Part shown: positions 38,158 through 47,547 of the stretch, piece after piece | Layout: every line of letters begins with the position of its first letter | Position numbering within the stretch: position 1 is the stretch's first letter | Assembly (NCBI GenBank): GCA_017442465.1 | Contig: JAFRZQ010000175.1 | Location: 4,330-68,329, forward strand | Length of the DNA: 64,000 nt | Source of the DNA: Anaerotignum sp. | GTDB lineage: Bacteria > Bacillota > Clostridia > Lachnospirales > Anaerotignaceae | Direction: 5' to 3' | Position numbers and translations under genes: made by a program | The notes under the pieces: generated by a model | What the model saw: the letters and a program-made list of their open reading frames with translations, nothing else | The model's database searches: none | What the model was told of the DNA's origin: nothing

Positions 38158-38781
38158 CTACTCGTCCTGTTTGTACAGATCATTATTGTAAAAAATAAAA
38201 CGGCAGCCTGCAGCATCCTTGATCTGCAGCGCATAGTACACACGGCATTTCAGCTTTATATATGCCACCTCCGAATCATCATAAACAATAATGATTAGTC
38301 TGTTCTCAGGGTCGAATCCGTTCCCGGATAATTCATTTTTAATCAGATCCCCCAATGCATAGAGCGGGACGGCTATCATTGCAGTATCTATCACATAATA
38401 TGTCTGAACATTGTTCGAAACCTTGTCGCCAACGAACATTTTCGCAACGAATAAACTACTATACACACTATCGGTGAGTGTGATCGTGTCCCCCTTGTTT
38501 TTGGCTGCAATCGACGTTAAAACACTGATTGCATTCATGTATTTACTTGCAACAGGCCCGCCCTCATATGCTGAAATATATACATAATCGTCCTCTTGCA
38601 TAAAGTGATACAGCCCCGCCAAATGGATCATTATATTGCGGAAGAAAGCAGCTGGTATATCAAATAATATAAGCAGATCATTTATTCTAACCTTGCCCCA
38701 ACCACTCGTCAGGAAAGCTGCAATATCTTCGCTTCGGTTCTCCAAATATTCGTTTATTTCCGAATTGCAAAAATACATCAA
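38158..38781 (-). CDS. Hypothetical protein, possibly DUF5697-like
   Basis: GGGGAGG RBS; directly after virB4; C-terminal RLIIIVYDDSEV...RFIFY. Confidence 0.5.
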   Translation of the reverse strand: MMYFCNSEINEYLENRSEDIAAFLTSGWGKVRINDLLILFDIPAAFFRNIMIHLAGLYHFMQEDDYVYISAYEGGPVASKYMNAISVLTSIAAKNKGDTITLTDSVYSSLFVAKMFVGDKVSNNVQTYYVIDTAMIAVPLYALGDLIKNELSGNGFDPENRLIIIVYDDSEVAYIKLKCRVYYALQIKDAAGCRFIFYNNDLYKQDE

Positions 38782-38795
38782 GCACCTCCCCCTTT

Positions 38796-41411
38796 CTATA
38801 CTTTCATCCGCATAACAGCCAATTCATTAGGGTCTGTAGTGATCGCCATATGCTCCGTTGGTGTGCCGTCAAAACGAATTTCAAACGCATTATTTTCGCA
38901 GATCAACATTGCATCGCCTCTCCTGGAGAACATGGAAATCTGATTGCGCGTTTCTGTATTCAGATACAGTTTTTCGCTGACAATGCCAAGGGTATGCTGC
39001 TGCATCTTCAACAGCACTTGGAACTGTGAGTTATTGATGATGGTATTCAGTACTGATTCATTATCCTTCGAATGCCAGTCCTGAATATCCTGTGACGCGG
39101 TAATAACACAGCCGTTATACGCACGGATAATCTTATATAGTTCCTTTACAAAGGCTGCAGTCTGTCCGCTGCCTTCGCCTACCAGCTTCCATAATTCGTC
39201 AATTAGAACAACCTTCCGCTGTGTGATGTCCTCAGTCATAAGGTTCATGATATGATTGATGATCGTGAACATCATTGCACCAACGATTTTGTCACCGGAA
39301 CTATCCAAATCGGAGATATCGAACACCGTATAATCGTTGTCCAAATCTTTGATATTCGTATGTCGATTCAGGAAGCTATAGGTACCGGAAATGAACTGCT
39401 GCATGATACCAAGCAGTTCATTTACCTCCCGTTTGTTCTCCTGTGGTTCGGGCATTGTTGCACGGAATATACTGCGGTCATCTGCATCATCCTGCGGCTC
39501 CAACATCTGCTTTAAGGCGATACACACATCACTGATGATCGGCATCTCCTTGTAAGTCCCGTCAGCATTTTTGATACTATTATTGTCCAGTGTAATGCCC
39601 TTTGCCTTATACGCATCAACGATAGCTACGTTCAACAAAGACCGCTGTACTGGCTTCAAATAAGGCATCAGGATCTCGAAGTATGCAGATACTACGATCA
39701 GTTTTCTCGACAGATAACTCTTTTGTCCAAGGTATCCACTGTCAGCGGGATTCAGTACCGTTTTGCTATCTGCATCGTCAGGGATACGGATATCAAATAT
39801 GTTTACATGGTTCTCGCCGTCTGTTGTAAACTTAATGAACTGACCGCCCATATTCTCACAAAATCTTCTGTATTCCTCACCTTTGATAGGTACGATCGCG
39901 AAGCATTTTGCCCCCGCCATTCGGCTTCTGCCAAGTAGTAATTGGCTGCCGTAAGTCTTACCACTACCCGTCGAACCAATGATCATCATGTGTGGTTTAT
40001 CGTACTTGGAGGTATCGAAGTTATTGATCGCACAGAAGCGACCTGCTTTATTCTTCCCAATAAAAATACCACCCTCATCAAAGATGGATGGCTCGTTAAA
40101 CGGGAATACTGATGCAAGCTCACCGCACAGGATATTCCGCGCTGAAATACGCAGGATATCCTTATCCAACCGCACAAAAGGAAGTGTGGATCTAAACCCT
40201 TCCTCCTGCCGGAGATCCAGCGGCAAGAGCGGCATATCTTTTGATTCCATCAAGTTATATACTTCACGGATCTTATCGTCTAAAGCGTCTAATGTATCCG
40301 CTGAGATCGTCACAAGAATAGACAGGTAATACATATCAGCACTCTCGTTATACATCTTCTCACGGAGCAGTAAAGCGTCCTGCATATTCTGTCTGGACTC
40401 CTGCGCAACGCTTGTATTCGCACTCAGGTTCTCCATTACCATCTCCTGCATATTTACCGATTGACGGACGATTTTCTTTGCAGTAGTCCTATCCTCACGG
40501 ACTAAGAAAATGTCAACATCAACATCATAGGAACTGCCCAACAACGGGTTCAGCCAGCCTGCAGTTACATAGTGTCTGTAATCACTGATGTAATGATAGG
40601 ATACAAACTTACCGTTCACCTCACAGAAACTGCGGTCATAGAACGCAATCTCTTTCGGTGAAAGATAATCCTCTATCGTCAGTGAATCCTTCTTCAACGG
40701 ATTACGTTCCAGTATCTCTTCGTATATCATGAATGCATGAGTTTCAAAGTCTGGAGCCAGTCTATCAAAGTGCATCAGGATATACTCATAAAGCACTGTA
40801 TTGATATATTTATTATCCGTCAGACGGGGGCTTACTACCTTACAGCCACACTTCAGCATGCACTCAGCCAGAGCGAACTCATGGCCTAGCAACACCTTCC
40901 TTACATAGTCGAACTCAGGTGCCATCTGAAATTCTTCGAACTCATAAATCACGAAAAATCTATTCCCTGTCAGCTTATAAATCTCTACCGTATCCTTGAT
41001 CTCTTTTGCCAGGTCGTCCACCATATCTCTGGTTTCTTTTGTAGCATTAGGCAGGTTCTTATAAGAGAGTAAAATCTTCAGATAATCCTCTGCTGTCTCC
41101 GGTACTGACATGACTTTTATCTGCATGGTACGGGGTGCATGGCTCAGGTATTGTGCGAACTGATACACGATACGTTCCTGTTCCAACGCATCCTTATTAA
41201 AAAAATTCGTAGGGATGATTTCAATGATCCTGATATACCTATCATCCGTAGTGATGATAACGCCGTCAGAAACATCTCTGATATTGATAAAACTCTGCGT
41301 GCGGTAGCGTGTACTCGGACGCGGTTTGCGCCGTGTACGCTTCTCAGCAGCTGCCTGCAAATCTTCTTCTGTCCGCGCTACGTTCTTCTTTTTGACTGCG
41401 GGTAACTTCAT
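38796..41411 (-). CDS. virB4: VirB4-family conjugal transfer ATPase
   Basis: GSTGSGKT, NIFD, TVFDISDL, LIDELW, IRAYNG, ASQDIQD. Confidence 0.93.
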   Translation of the reverse strand: MKLPAVKKKNVARTEEDLQAAAEKRTRRKPRPSTRYRTQSFINIRDVSDGVIITTDDRYIRIIEIIPTNFFNKDALEQERIVYQFAQYLSHAPRTMQIKVMSVPETAEDYLKILLSYKNLPNATKETRDMVDDLAKEIKDTVEIYKLTGNRFFVIYEFEEFQMAPEFDYVRKVLLGHEFALAECMLKCGCKVVSPRLTDNKYINTVLYEYILMHFDRLAPDFETHAFMIYEEILERNPLKKDSLTIEDYLSPKEIAFYDRSFCEVNGKFVSYHYISDYRHYVTAGWLNPLLGSSYDVDVDIFLVREDRTTAKKIVRQSVNMQEMVMENLSANTSVAQESRQNMQDALLLREKMYNESADMYYLSILVTISADTLDALDDKIREVYNLMESKDMPLLPLDLRQEEGFRSTLPFVRLDKDILRISARNILCGELASVFPFNEPSIFDEGGIFIGKNKAGRFCAINNFDTSKYDKPHMMIIGSTGSGKTYGSQLLLGRSRMAGAKCFAIVPIKGEEYRRFCENMGGQFIKFTTDGENHVNIFDIRIPDDADSKTVLNPADSGYLGQKSYLSRKLIVVSAYFEILMPYLKPVQRSLLNVAIVDAYKAKGITLDNNSIKNADGTYKEMPIISDVCIALKQMLEPQDDADDRSIFRATMPEPQENKREVNELLGIMQQFISGTYSFLNRHTNIKDLDNDYTVFDISDLDSSGDKIVGAMMFTIINHIMNLMTEDITQRKVVLIDELWKLVGEGSGQTAAFVKELYKIIRAYNGCVITASQDIQDWHSKDNESVLNTIINNSQFQVLLKMQQHTLGIVSEKLYLNTETRNQISMFSRRGDAMLICENNAFEIRFDGTPTEHMAITTDPNELAVMRMKV

Positions 41412-41815
41412 TCAAACATCCCTCCTTCCATCGTTTCTTCTTCTAAAGCCTGTGCCTGTTCACGCAGCAAACGCTGTTTGATCGTCTTTTTCTGTTCAGA
41501 ACTTTTGTGTCTGACATATCTGCGATAGGTTTTTCTGACGAAGAAATTTCGCAGTAACAGATAAATATATCTGCAGAACGAATCGCTGTTTTTACCATAT
41601 GGCAATGCTGTTAAAAGCAGCGCCGCACCAACGATCACAATGGTATATCTGAATGGCAGACTAAATACTTTCAGGCAAATAATCAGCAGAATAAATGCGA
41701 TCACTATACCCTGCACCAGACTGGTCACTTCAATGGCATCAGCAATCTTCCCTGCGCTCTTTAGATTGCGTGGAATACCATATACCTGATGACGACCGTC
41801 TTTGTTTTCGCTCAT
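41408..41815 (-). CDS. PrgI/VirB3-like membrane protein
   Basis: YGIPRN; two TMs; ATGA overlap with virB4. Confidence 0.75.
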   Translation of the reverse strand: MSENKDGRHQVYGIPRNLKSAGKIADAIEVTSLVQGIVIAFILLIICLKVFSLPFRYTIVIVGAALLLTALPYGKNSDSFCRYIYLLLRNFFVRKTYRRYVRHKSSEQKKTIKQRLLREQAQALEEETMEGGMFE

Positions 41816-41950
41816 CTTTCCCACTTCCTTTTCAATAAAAAAAGACCTCAGAAAGAATCTGAAGTCCATTCATATTTACACTAACTAAAATACACTAACT
41901 GATTTTGATGATTTAATGAAACAGTTAATGTATTCTGTTTTCCTTTTAAC

Positions 41951-42205
41951 TTATCTGTTTTTGTATTCTTTGATCCACGCTTCTATATCAAACATCGGGA
42001 CATTATTCTCCTTCGCAATATAAATGCTCATAGAAAGATCATGGGCCATTTGTTCTGACTCCAAATTACGGAGAAAAATATTCTCCGCCTTTTCTTTTGT
42101 GCCTCCTTTGATCAAATATACACCCAAATTATTTGTATCATAGCCAACCGACAGATACTCATTATTATTCCACTCGAGGGTTTTTACTTTTGTTCGTATC
42201 TTCAT
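41951..42205 (-). CDS. Hypothetical protein with its own promoter
   Basis: AAGGGGG RBS; TGGTATAAT near 42265-42273. Confidence 0.6.
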   Translation of the reverse strand: MKIRTKVKTLEWNNNEYLSVGYDTNNLGVYLIKGGTKEKAENIFLRNLESEQMAHDLSMSIYIAKENNVPMFDIEAWIKEYKNR

Positions 42206-42308
42206 TCTGTATCTTCCCCCTTGCCGCTAAGTGATCCGTTATCAGCTATTACTGAGTCAATTATATTATACCATACCATGTTGGATTTTTGTGCGATTTA
42301 CATCGTGT

Positions 42309-44108
42309 TTAAGACACAACTTCTCTAAAATGTGTAAAGCCACAAGTGCCTACAACAACACCTTCACCGCCCTGCGAGTGTACCCAAAGTCGGTTACCGG
42401 AAGAGTCTTTTCCGACATAAATCCCGACATGCGTTGTCCTGCCGCCAGACAGCATAAAACCAAGGTCCCCGGGCTGTAACTGTGCGGCTGTAATCGGCGT
42501 TGTATTGTTATATTGATACCATGTACCGCCAGCTTTCAGTTGATCGCTGACACCCGCTGTACGGTAAGCCCAGTCTACAAATCCGCTGCAGTCCAGACCA
42601 AAGGGCTGATATGTACCAGAGGTACGGTCTCCGGCAGCGGTCACTTTTTTCAAAGTACCCCATTCCGAGTTCCATCCTGTACCGTAATACTTACCGCCCC
42701 AGAAGTATTCCACTTTCCCGACTAAGGATAATCCTACAGTCAATACCTGCGACCTTGCAGAGGAAATCGCAGGGTCAGTTGCTCTTGCTATTGCAAGATA
42801 TCTCGTCACCTGCGCATTGGTCAAAGGCAACGAATCAAGGTTAGAAGCCTGCCCCAGGATATTTCCAAAACTGCCGAACTCTGTATTCCCCAGCTGTTCA
42901 AAGACCGCTTCATATGAACTCGCAGCTGCAAACTGAGCATCTGTCAGATGAAAGACAGTATCAACGAAAAAGTCTGTATCATGATTAGTTATGAAGAGTA
43001 TTTCATACTCACTTCTTCTATGCTTATGATAATAATACTCACCTTCATATTCTCTGAGCATTGCCAGCAAATGCACAATATCTATCTTATCAACCGGATT
43101 ATTGCTGCTGCCCGATTTATGATAATACCGGAACACATGCTGTATGTATTGTTTATCCCCGTAACGGGTAATATTGCTACCATTCTCTTGATACCGCTGG
43201 AGCATATAATCACTGTACGCCGCTGCATTGGTCGCCGTCCAGCCGGAATATCCGCGATTGATAAGCCAGTTGATGTAGCCTGTACCAAAGTTATAGGCCT
43301 GTACTGCGACCTCTAGCTTGGCCCAGTCCTGCGGATCTGAACAGTTTGCTTTCTCCAAGCACTTTGCAAAGTAATGTACACCGCCATCAATAGAAGACTC
43401 CGGTGTAACAGCACCATGCACATACCCGGAGCCAGCCGATTGCATGACATCATTCCCGCGGCCACCGGATTCCTGCGCCATCATTGCCATTAAAACATCG
43501 ACATATCCTGATATAGCATAACGCATAGCCGCCGCTTCAACATCGGTACGATAGCGTTCTACTGTATCGGGTAACGGGCTTGTCCCGATCCTGATCCCGC
43601 CTGTAATGACCTCTTCTTCGTCTCCAACTACATCTTCGATAGTTACATCCGCATCTGCCTCACCGTCTAAAGATGCAGCGCAGAAATACGCCATGATCTT
43701 ATATGGACTGATCGGGGGGACAGGTTCATCGGTCGTTATATCATCCTCCGAAATACCTAAATCGACCAATCCTTCCAGTTCCATGTTATATTCATCCAGA
43801 AACAGACCATTGATCTGTGATGCCATATTCAGGATACGGAACTGGGCTTCTGTATATTCCCCATATTCACCGCCTGTCAGGGCATTTAACAGCATTGTCG
43901 GCAAACTACAAATTACGATGATCAGAAAAATCACAAAAGCACAAACAAAAGATACCAGTTTGCGGAAAAGAGGGTTCCTGGCAGCCGAAGCCGCCGCTCC
44001 GACGAAATCCCCGGCCATGGCATGACCAACGGTTTTCGTCACATCATAAGCGGTCTGTCCCATTGAAGTAGCAGTCGCCAAAAACCCTCTTTGGTTATTC
44101 TCGTCCAC
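42309..44108 (-). CDS. Bifunctional peptidoglycan hydrolase (lysozyme-like plus NlpC/P60; CwlT/VirB1 role)
   Basis: TM; MAQESGG..DVMQS, AYNFG; YFWGG, GLDCSGFV, PGDLGF, HVGIY. Confidence 0.92.
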   Translation of the reverse strand: MDENNQRGFLATATSMGQTAYDVTKTVGHAMAGDFVGAAASAARNPLFRKLVSFVCAFVIFLIIVICSLPTMLLNALTGGEYGEYTEAQFRILNMASQINGLFLDEYNMELEGLVDLGISEDDITTDEPVPPISPYKIMAYFCAASLDGEADADVTIEDVVGDEEEVITGGIRIGTSPLPDTVERYRTDVEAAAMRYAISGYVDVLMAMMAQESGGRGNDVMQSAGSGYVHGAVTPESSIDGGVHYFAKCLEKANCSDPQDWAKLEVAVQAYNFGTGYINWLINRGYSGWTATNAAAYSDYMLQRYQENGSNITRYGDKQYIQHVFRYYHKSGSSNNPVDKIDIVHLLAMLREYEGEYYYHKHRRSEYEILFITNHDTDFFVDTVFHLTDAQFAAASSYEAVFEQLGNTEFGSFGNILGQASNLDSLPLTNAQVTRYLAIARATDPAISSARSQVLTVGLSLVGKVEYFWGGKYYGTGWNSEWGTLKKVTAAGDRTSGTYQPFGLDCSGFVDWAYRTAGVSDQLKAGGTWYQYNNTTPITAAQLQPGDLGFMLSGGRTTHVGIYVGKDSSGNRLWVHSQGGEGVVVGTCGFTHFREVVS

Positions 44109-44128
44109 GGGCCAGTCACTCCTTTCCG

Positions 44129-46957
44129 TTATTTCCTTTTCTTAGAGCCAAGGCCAAAACCCTTGAACTTCGTATTTTTATTCCCTTCCTTTTTCGGGAA
44201 TGTAGTATACCCATCTTCTCGGGTGATTTTTGTTTCTCCGTTTTTCGTTTCTGTTCGGGTGCCGGAGTGATGGATGATCGTGCGTTCTTTTACAACAATA
44301 CCGCTGTTATGTTCATCGAACTCAACTGTCTTATCAGGGTTCGCAGCTGTGCCGTTGCCCCAATATACAGTGCCGCCCATGGAGAAGGTACCATCTTTAT
44401 CCCCAGAACCGTCCGCATGGTTCACACGACCAATAAAGCCGTCGGCATTACTGATCGCACCGGAGGACGCGTGATATACGCTACCATTCGAATACGCAAT
44501 ATCGCCAGTCGCTGGATGTGTATACTGACCACCGGGCAGATCCCTGATCTGCTGATAAGTATTTCCGTTATCAAAAGAGATACCGCCTTTACCATCCACC
44601 ATCGTTCCTTCGGGATAAGCCACATGACCATCGTTATAAGTGATCGCACCATTTCCATGTTCCACACGATTTCCGTATGTCTTCGAGCCGTCTTTATGTG
44701 ATGTAACACCATTAGCCGTAATATCCCCGTTGCTGTGCAGGATCGAACCATCCTGGAAGATCGTTGTACCATCAGGTGTGACTGTAGTACCGTCAGGACT
44801 GGTTACTTCGCCGTTCAGATGTGCCATTTTACCATCATCCAACAGAATTGCACCGTCGGAAAATGTATGGTTGCCATTTTCATGCTGTGTTACATTGCCC
44901 TTCGTAATTGCACCGGAATCATGCTCTGTAGTCGCATTCTTGGTAACAGCACTATTGCCATGAGTGATAGATCCCTTCGAGCCAATAATCACCTGATTTT
45001 CACCCTCGCCAATCGCTCTTACACCATTCGCCTGAACGATCGTGCCATCATCCAGTTTCACAGGGGTATCCCCTACTTTTGTCACATTGCCATCTGGACT
45101 GATGATTTCGGCACCATTGGTGATCGTACCGTCTTTATGCAGCATCGCATTGGCAGGGAGTGCGTTCCCGTTTGCATCTTTGACATTTGCACCCATAATT
45201 GCACCATTGGCAAACTGAACTGTGCCATCCGGGTATATTTTTGTACCGTCCGGGAATTGCTTGTACCCAGCTGTAATTGTTGTTCCGTCGCTTGTGTGAA
45301 GCGATTCGTTCGGATTGAGTGTTGTTCCTTCCGGCATAGAAACCGCCGTTTGTGCAGGCGCAGAGGCATCGAATCCGCCATCCGCAGTCCGATGGCTGTT
45401 TTTATATTCTTCAGCCATACTATTTCCTGCAGGAATATCGTCTTTAGAAGTATTCGGCTGACCCTGATACTGGTTATATACCTGACCAGTACTTGCATCC
45501 ATCGCCATTGCCCCCTGTTCATCCTCACGCAGAAGACCTTGTGCCGCAAGCTTGCTCTGTGCCATTGCAGGTGTGATATTCCCTGCTTTCATATCGTTCA
45601 TGATCGCGTCCCTAGTACGCTGCTGATCGATACTAAAACCATTCTTTTCAGCACGCTGTTTGGTATCGTCATACTCCTGCTGGGACATATTCCTGCTGGC
45701 AGCACCCTGCATTTCAGTGAATCGCTTATCAAATTTCTGGTTCAATGCTTCTGCAAAGGAACTGCCGTCTTTTGTCATAGCAGCGGCTTTTGCCACATTC
45801 GTTGTACTGGCGAATCCCTGGGCTGCACCCATGGCCCCCCGAGCAAATGCACTGCTTTTGGTCGAGCCCTGTGCAAACCCACCTCTTGCACCGCCAAGAA
45901 CTGCACCTTTTAAATCGTTCCAGTTCCTTGAGAATGTACCGCCTAACGGGACAGATAGCCCCGCTCCGGAAGTACCTCTACCTAATGCACGCCGCAGCAT
46001 GATCGCTGATGCACCAACTGCACCGAATAAACCGCCGCCTGCTCCACCGCCTCGGCTGATATTCACCCCCAGACTGCCTATGAATTGGTCGAACTGTACT
46101 GCGAATGACGAATATGCCAGAGCAAAAAATGCCCAGACTAATTCGTTATAAGCCGCATCTGCAAACAAATCTTCAAACTCAACGGAACCGTCTAAGTTCA
46201 GGTTAGTCGAAGTAGACATGATATTGATGAAACCTTGAATGAAAAAAGCAGTCATGATAAAGACAAACATATCCGCAAAAAATGTACGGATATAAGTGTC
46301 AAATATCTGCTTTGTTTCTTCCAGTATCGCCATGCCGAAGGCAATTGGTGCTAGCGCCACCAGCAGTACCAGTCGGATATATCTGATGAAGAACATGGAA
46401 ATCAGTTTAAAGAAATTGATAACCAGCATCACAGTGATAACGAGTAATACCAGTACTTTTACAATACCTAACATACTGCCGCCGGTACCTAATGCGCCGA
46501 TCAGCAGACCTTCCGCCGCCCTTTCACCGATTTGGACAATAAATTCTACAAGCGACAATCCACCAGAACTGGCATCAATATCCAGTATCTCATCGATGAT
46601 CCCGACCATTTGCAGATATACAAAGGACATCAGTCCCCAGCTCTTTATTGCCAAAAAACCGTAGAAGATGTACCGTACAATAAATTGCCATACACGACTC
46701 CGTTCAATCTGCAGACCTGCAGCAAGACCAAAGCATTTCAGGATAAACAACAGCCCGACAAAACTCAGCCAGCCTGCGCCTAATACCTTGAAAAATTCCA
46801 GTACATTCCCGAAAAATGGAAGATAAGTGCCAAATGTGGAAAAATCCCATCTGATAGAACCAAGGAATGTATCCGCAAAAAATTCAAGTGCAGTTGCCAA
46901 GACCTGCATGATAAGTCCTATCAATGCATTTAAAATGCCCATTACGATCGCAGACAA
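44129..46957 (-). CDS. VirB6/TrbL-like polytopic membrane protein with long DG-repeat tail
   Basis: Multi-TM N-terminus (RYIRLVLLVALAPIAF); ~400-aa C-terminal xDGT/xNG repeats. Confidence 0.75.
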   Translation of the reverse strand: MSAIVMGILNALIGLIMQVLATALEFFADTFLGSIRWDFSTFGTYLPFFGNVLEFFKVLGAGWLSFVGLLFILKCFGLAAGLQIERSRVWQFIVRYIFYGFLAIKSWGLMSFVYLQMVGIIDEILDIDASSGGLSLVEFIVQIGERAAEGLLIGALGTGGSMLGIVKVLVLLVITVMLVINFFKLISMFFIRYIRLVLLVALAPIAFGMAILEETKQIFDTYIRTFFADMFVFIMTAFFIQGFINIMSTSTNLNLDGSVEFEDLFADAAYNELVWAFFALAYSSFAVQFDQFIGSLGVNISRGGGAGGGLFGAVGASAIMLRRALGRGTSGAGLSVPLGGTFSRNWNDLKGAVLGGARGGFAQGSTKSSAFARGAMGAAQGFASTTNVAKAAAMTKDGSSFAEALNQKFDKRFTEMQGAASRNMSQQEYDDTKQRAEKNGFSIDQQRTRDAIMNDMKAGNITPAMAQSKLAAQGLLREDEQGAMAMDASTGQVYNQYQGQPNTSKDDIPAGNSMAEEYKNSHRTADGGFDASAPAQTAVSMPEGTTLNPNESLHTSDGTTITAGYKQFPDGTKIYPDGTVQFANGAIMGANVKDANGNALPANAMLHKDGTITNGAEIISPDGNVTKVGDTPVKLDDGTIVQANGVRAIGEGENQVIIGSKGSITHGNSAVTKNATTEHDSGAITKGNVTQHENGNHTFSDGAILLDDGKMAHLNGEVTSPDGTTVTPDGTTIFQDGSILHSNGDITANGVTSHKDGSKTYGNRVEHGNGAITYNDGHVAYPEGTMVDGKGGISFDNGNTYQQIRDLPGGQYTHPATGDIAYSNGSVYHASSGAISNADGFIGRVNHADGSGDKDGTFSMGGTVYWGNGTAANPDKTVEFDEHNSGIVVKERTIIHHSGTRTETKNGETKITREDGYTTFPKKEGNKNTKFKGFGLGSKKRK

Positions 46958-47077
46958 AATTTACTCACCTCTTTCTTTTAAAAAAAGCCCGAGAGAATGT
47001 CCATTCCCTCAGGCTCTTCATATACTTGTTCAAAAATTTGGTATAATCAAAAATTTTTATTTTTCTTCTCTGCCAGA

Positions 47078-47425
47078 TCAGCCCGCAGTAGCAAACATTG
47101 TAATAATCGTAGGCAGCAACAGATACAGAAGGAACATTGCAATGGAGAATACGATACAGCCAAGACCGAACCCTCTGTATTTTTTTAATGGTGCACAGAC
47201 AAAGGCGCATAATACGCCGATCAGCAGTGCCAGTGTTGCAGCGGGAGGGATCCATGCTTCCGCATACTCGATCGCTGTTGCCCAAACCGCATCAACACTG
47301 TCAAAAGATGCTGTGTCTGCGTCCTCGATCGCATCCTGGATCGCGCTGGCGAATACTGTCTGAGGGAACAATGTCACCATTGCAGCGGCTGCGACCAATT
47401 TTTCTTTCCATCTATTGATGTTCAT
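47078..47425 (-). CDS. VirB2/TrbC pilin-like protein
   Basis: Signal peptide ending VFA plus two TM helices; upstream of the virB6-like gene. Confidence 0.65.
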   Translation of the reverse strand: MNINRWKEKLVAAAAMVTLFPQTVFASAIQDAIEDADTASFDSVDAVWATAIEYAEAWIPPAATLALLIGVLCAFVCAPLKKYRGFGLGCIVFSIAMFLLYLLLPTIITMFATAG

Positions 47426-47547
47426 ATCACTTCTACCTCCTTCCCATAATTTACCTAAGGTTATATGAAAGCATTTCAAAAACGCCCGATCATTCAAAAG
47501 AACGACCGGGCGCTGAAATCAATGTATATTATGGATAAATAGGTTTA

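Noticed and set aside
46965-47285. 106-aa ORF overlapping the virB2-like gene
   Set aside because: Alternative frame that runs through a terminator; the 47078-47425 frame has the RBS and pilin-like profile.
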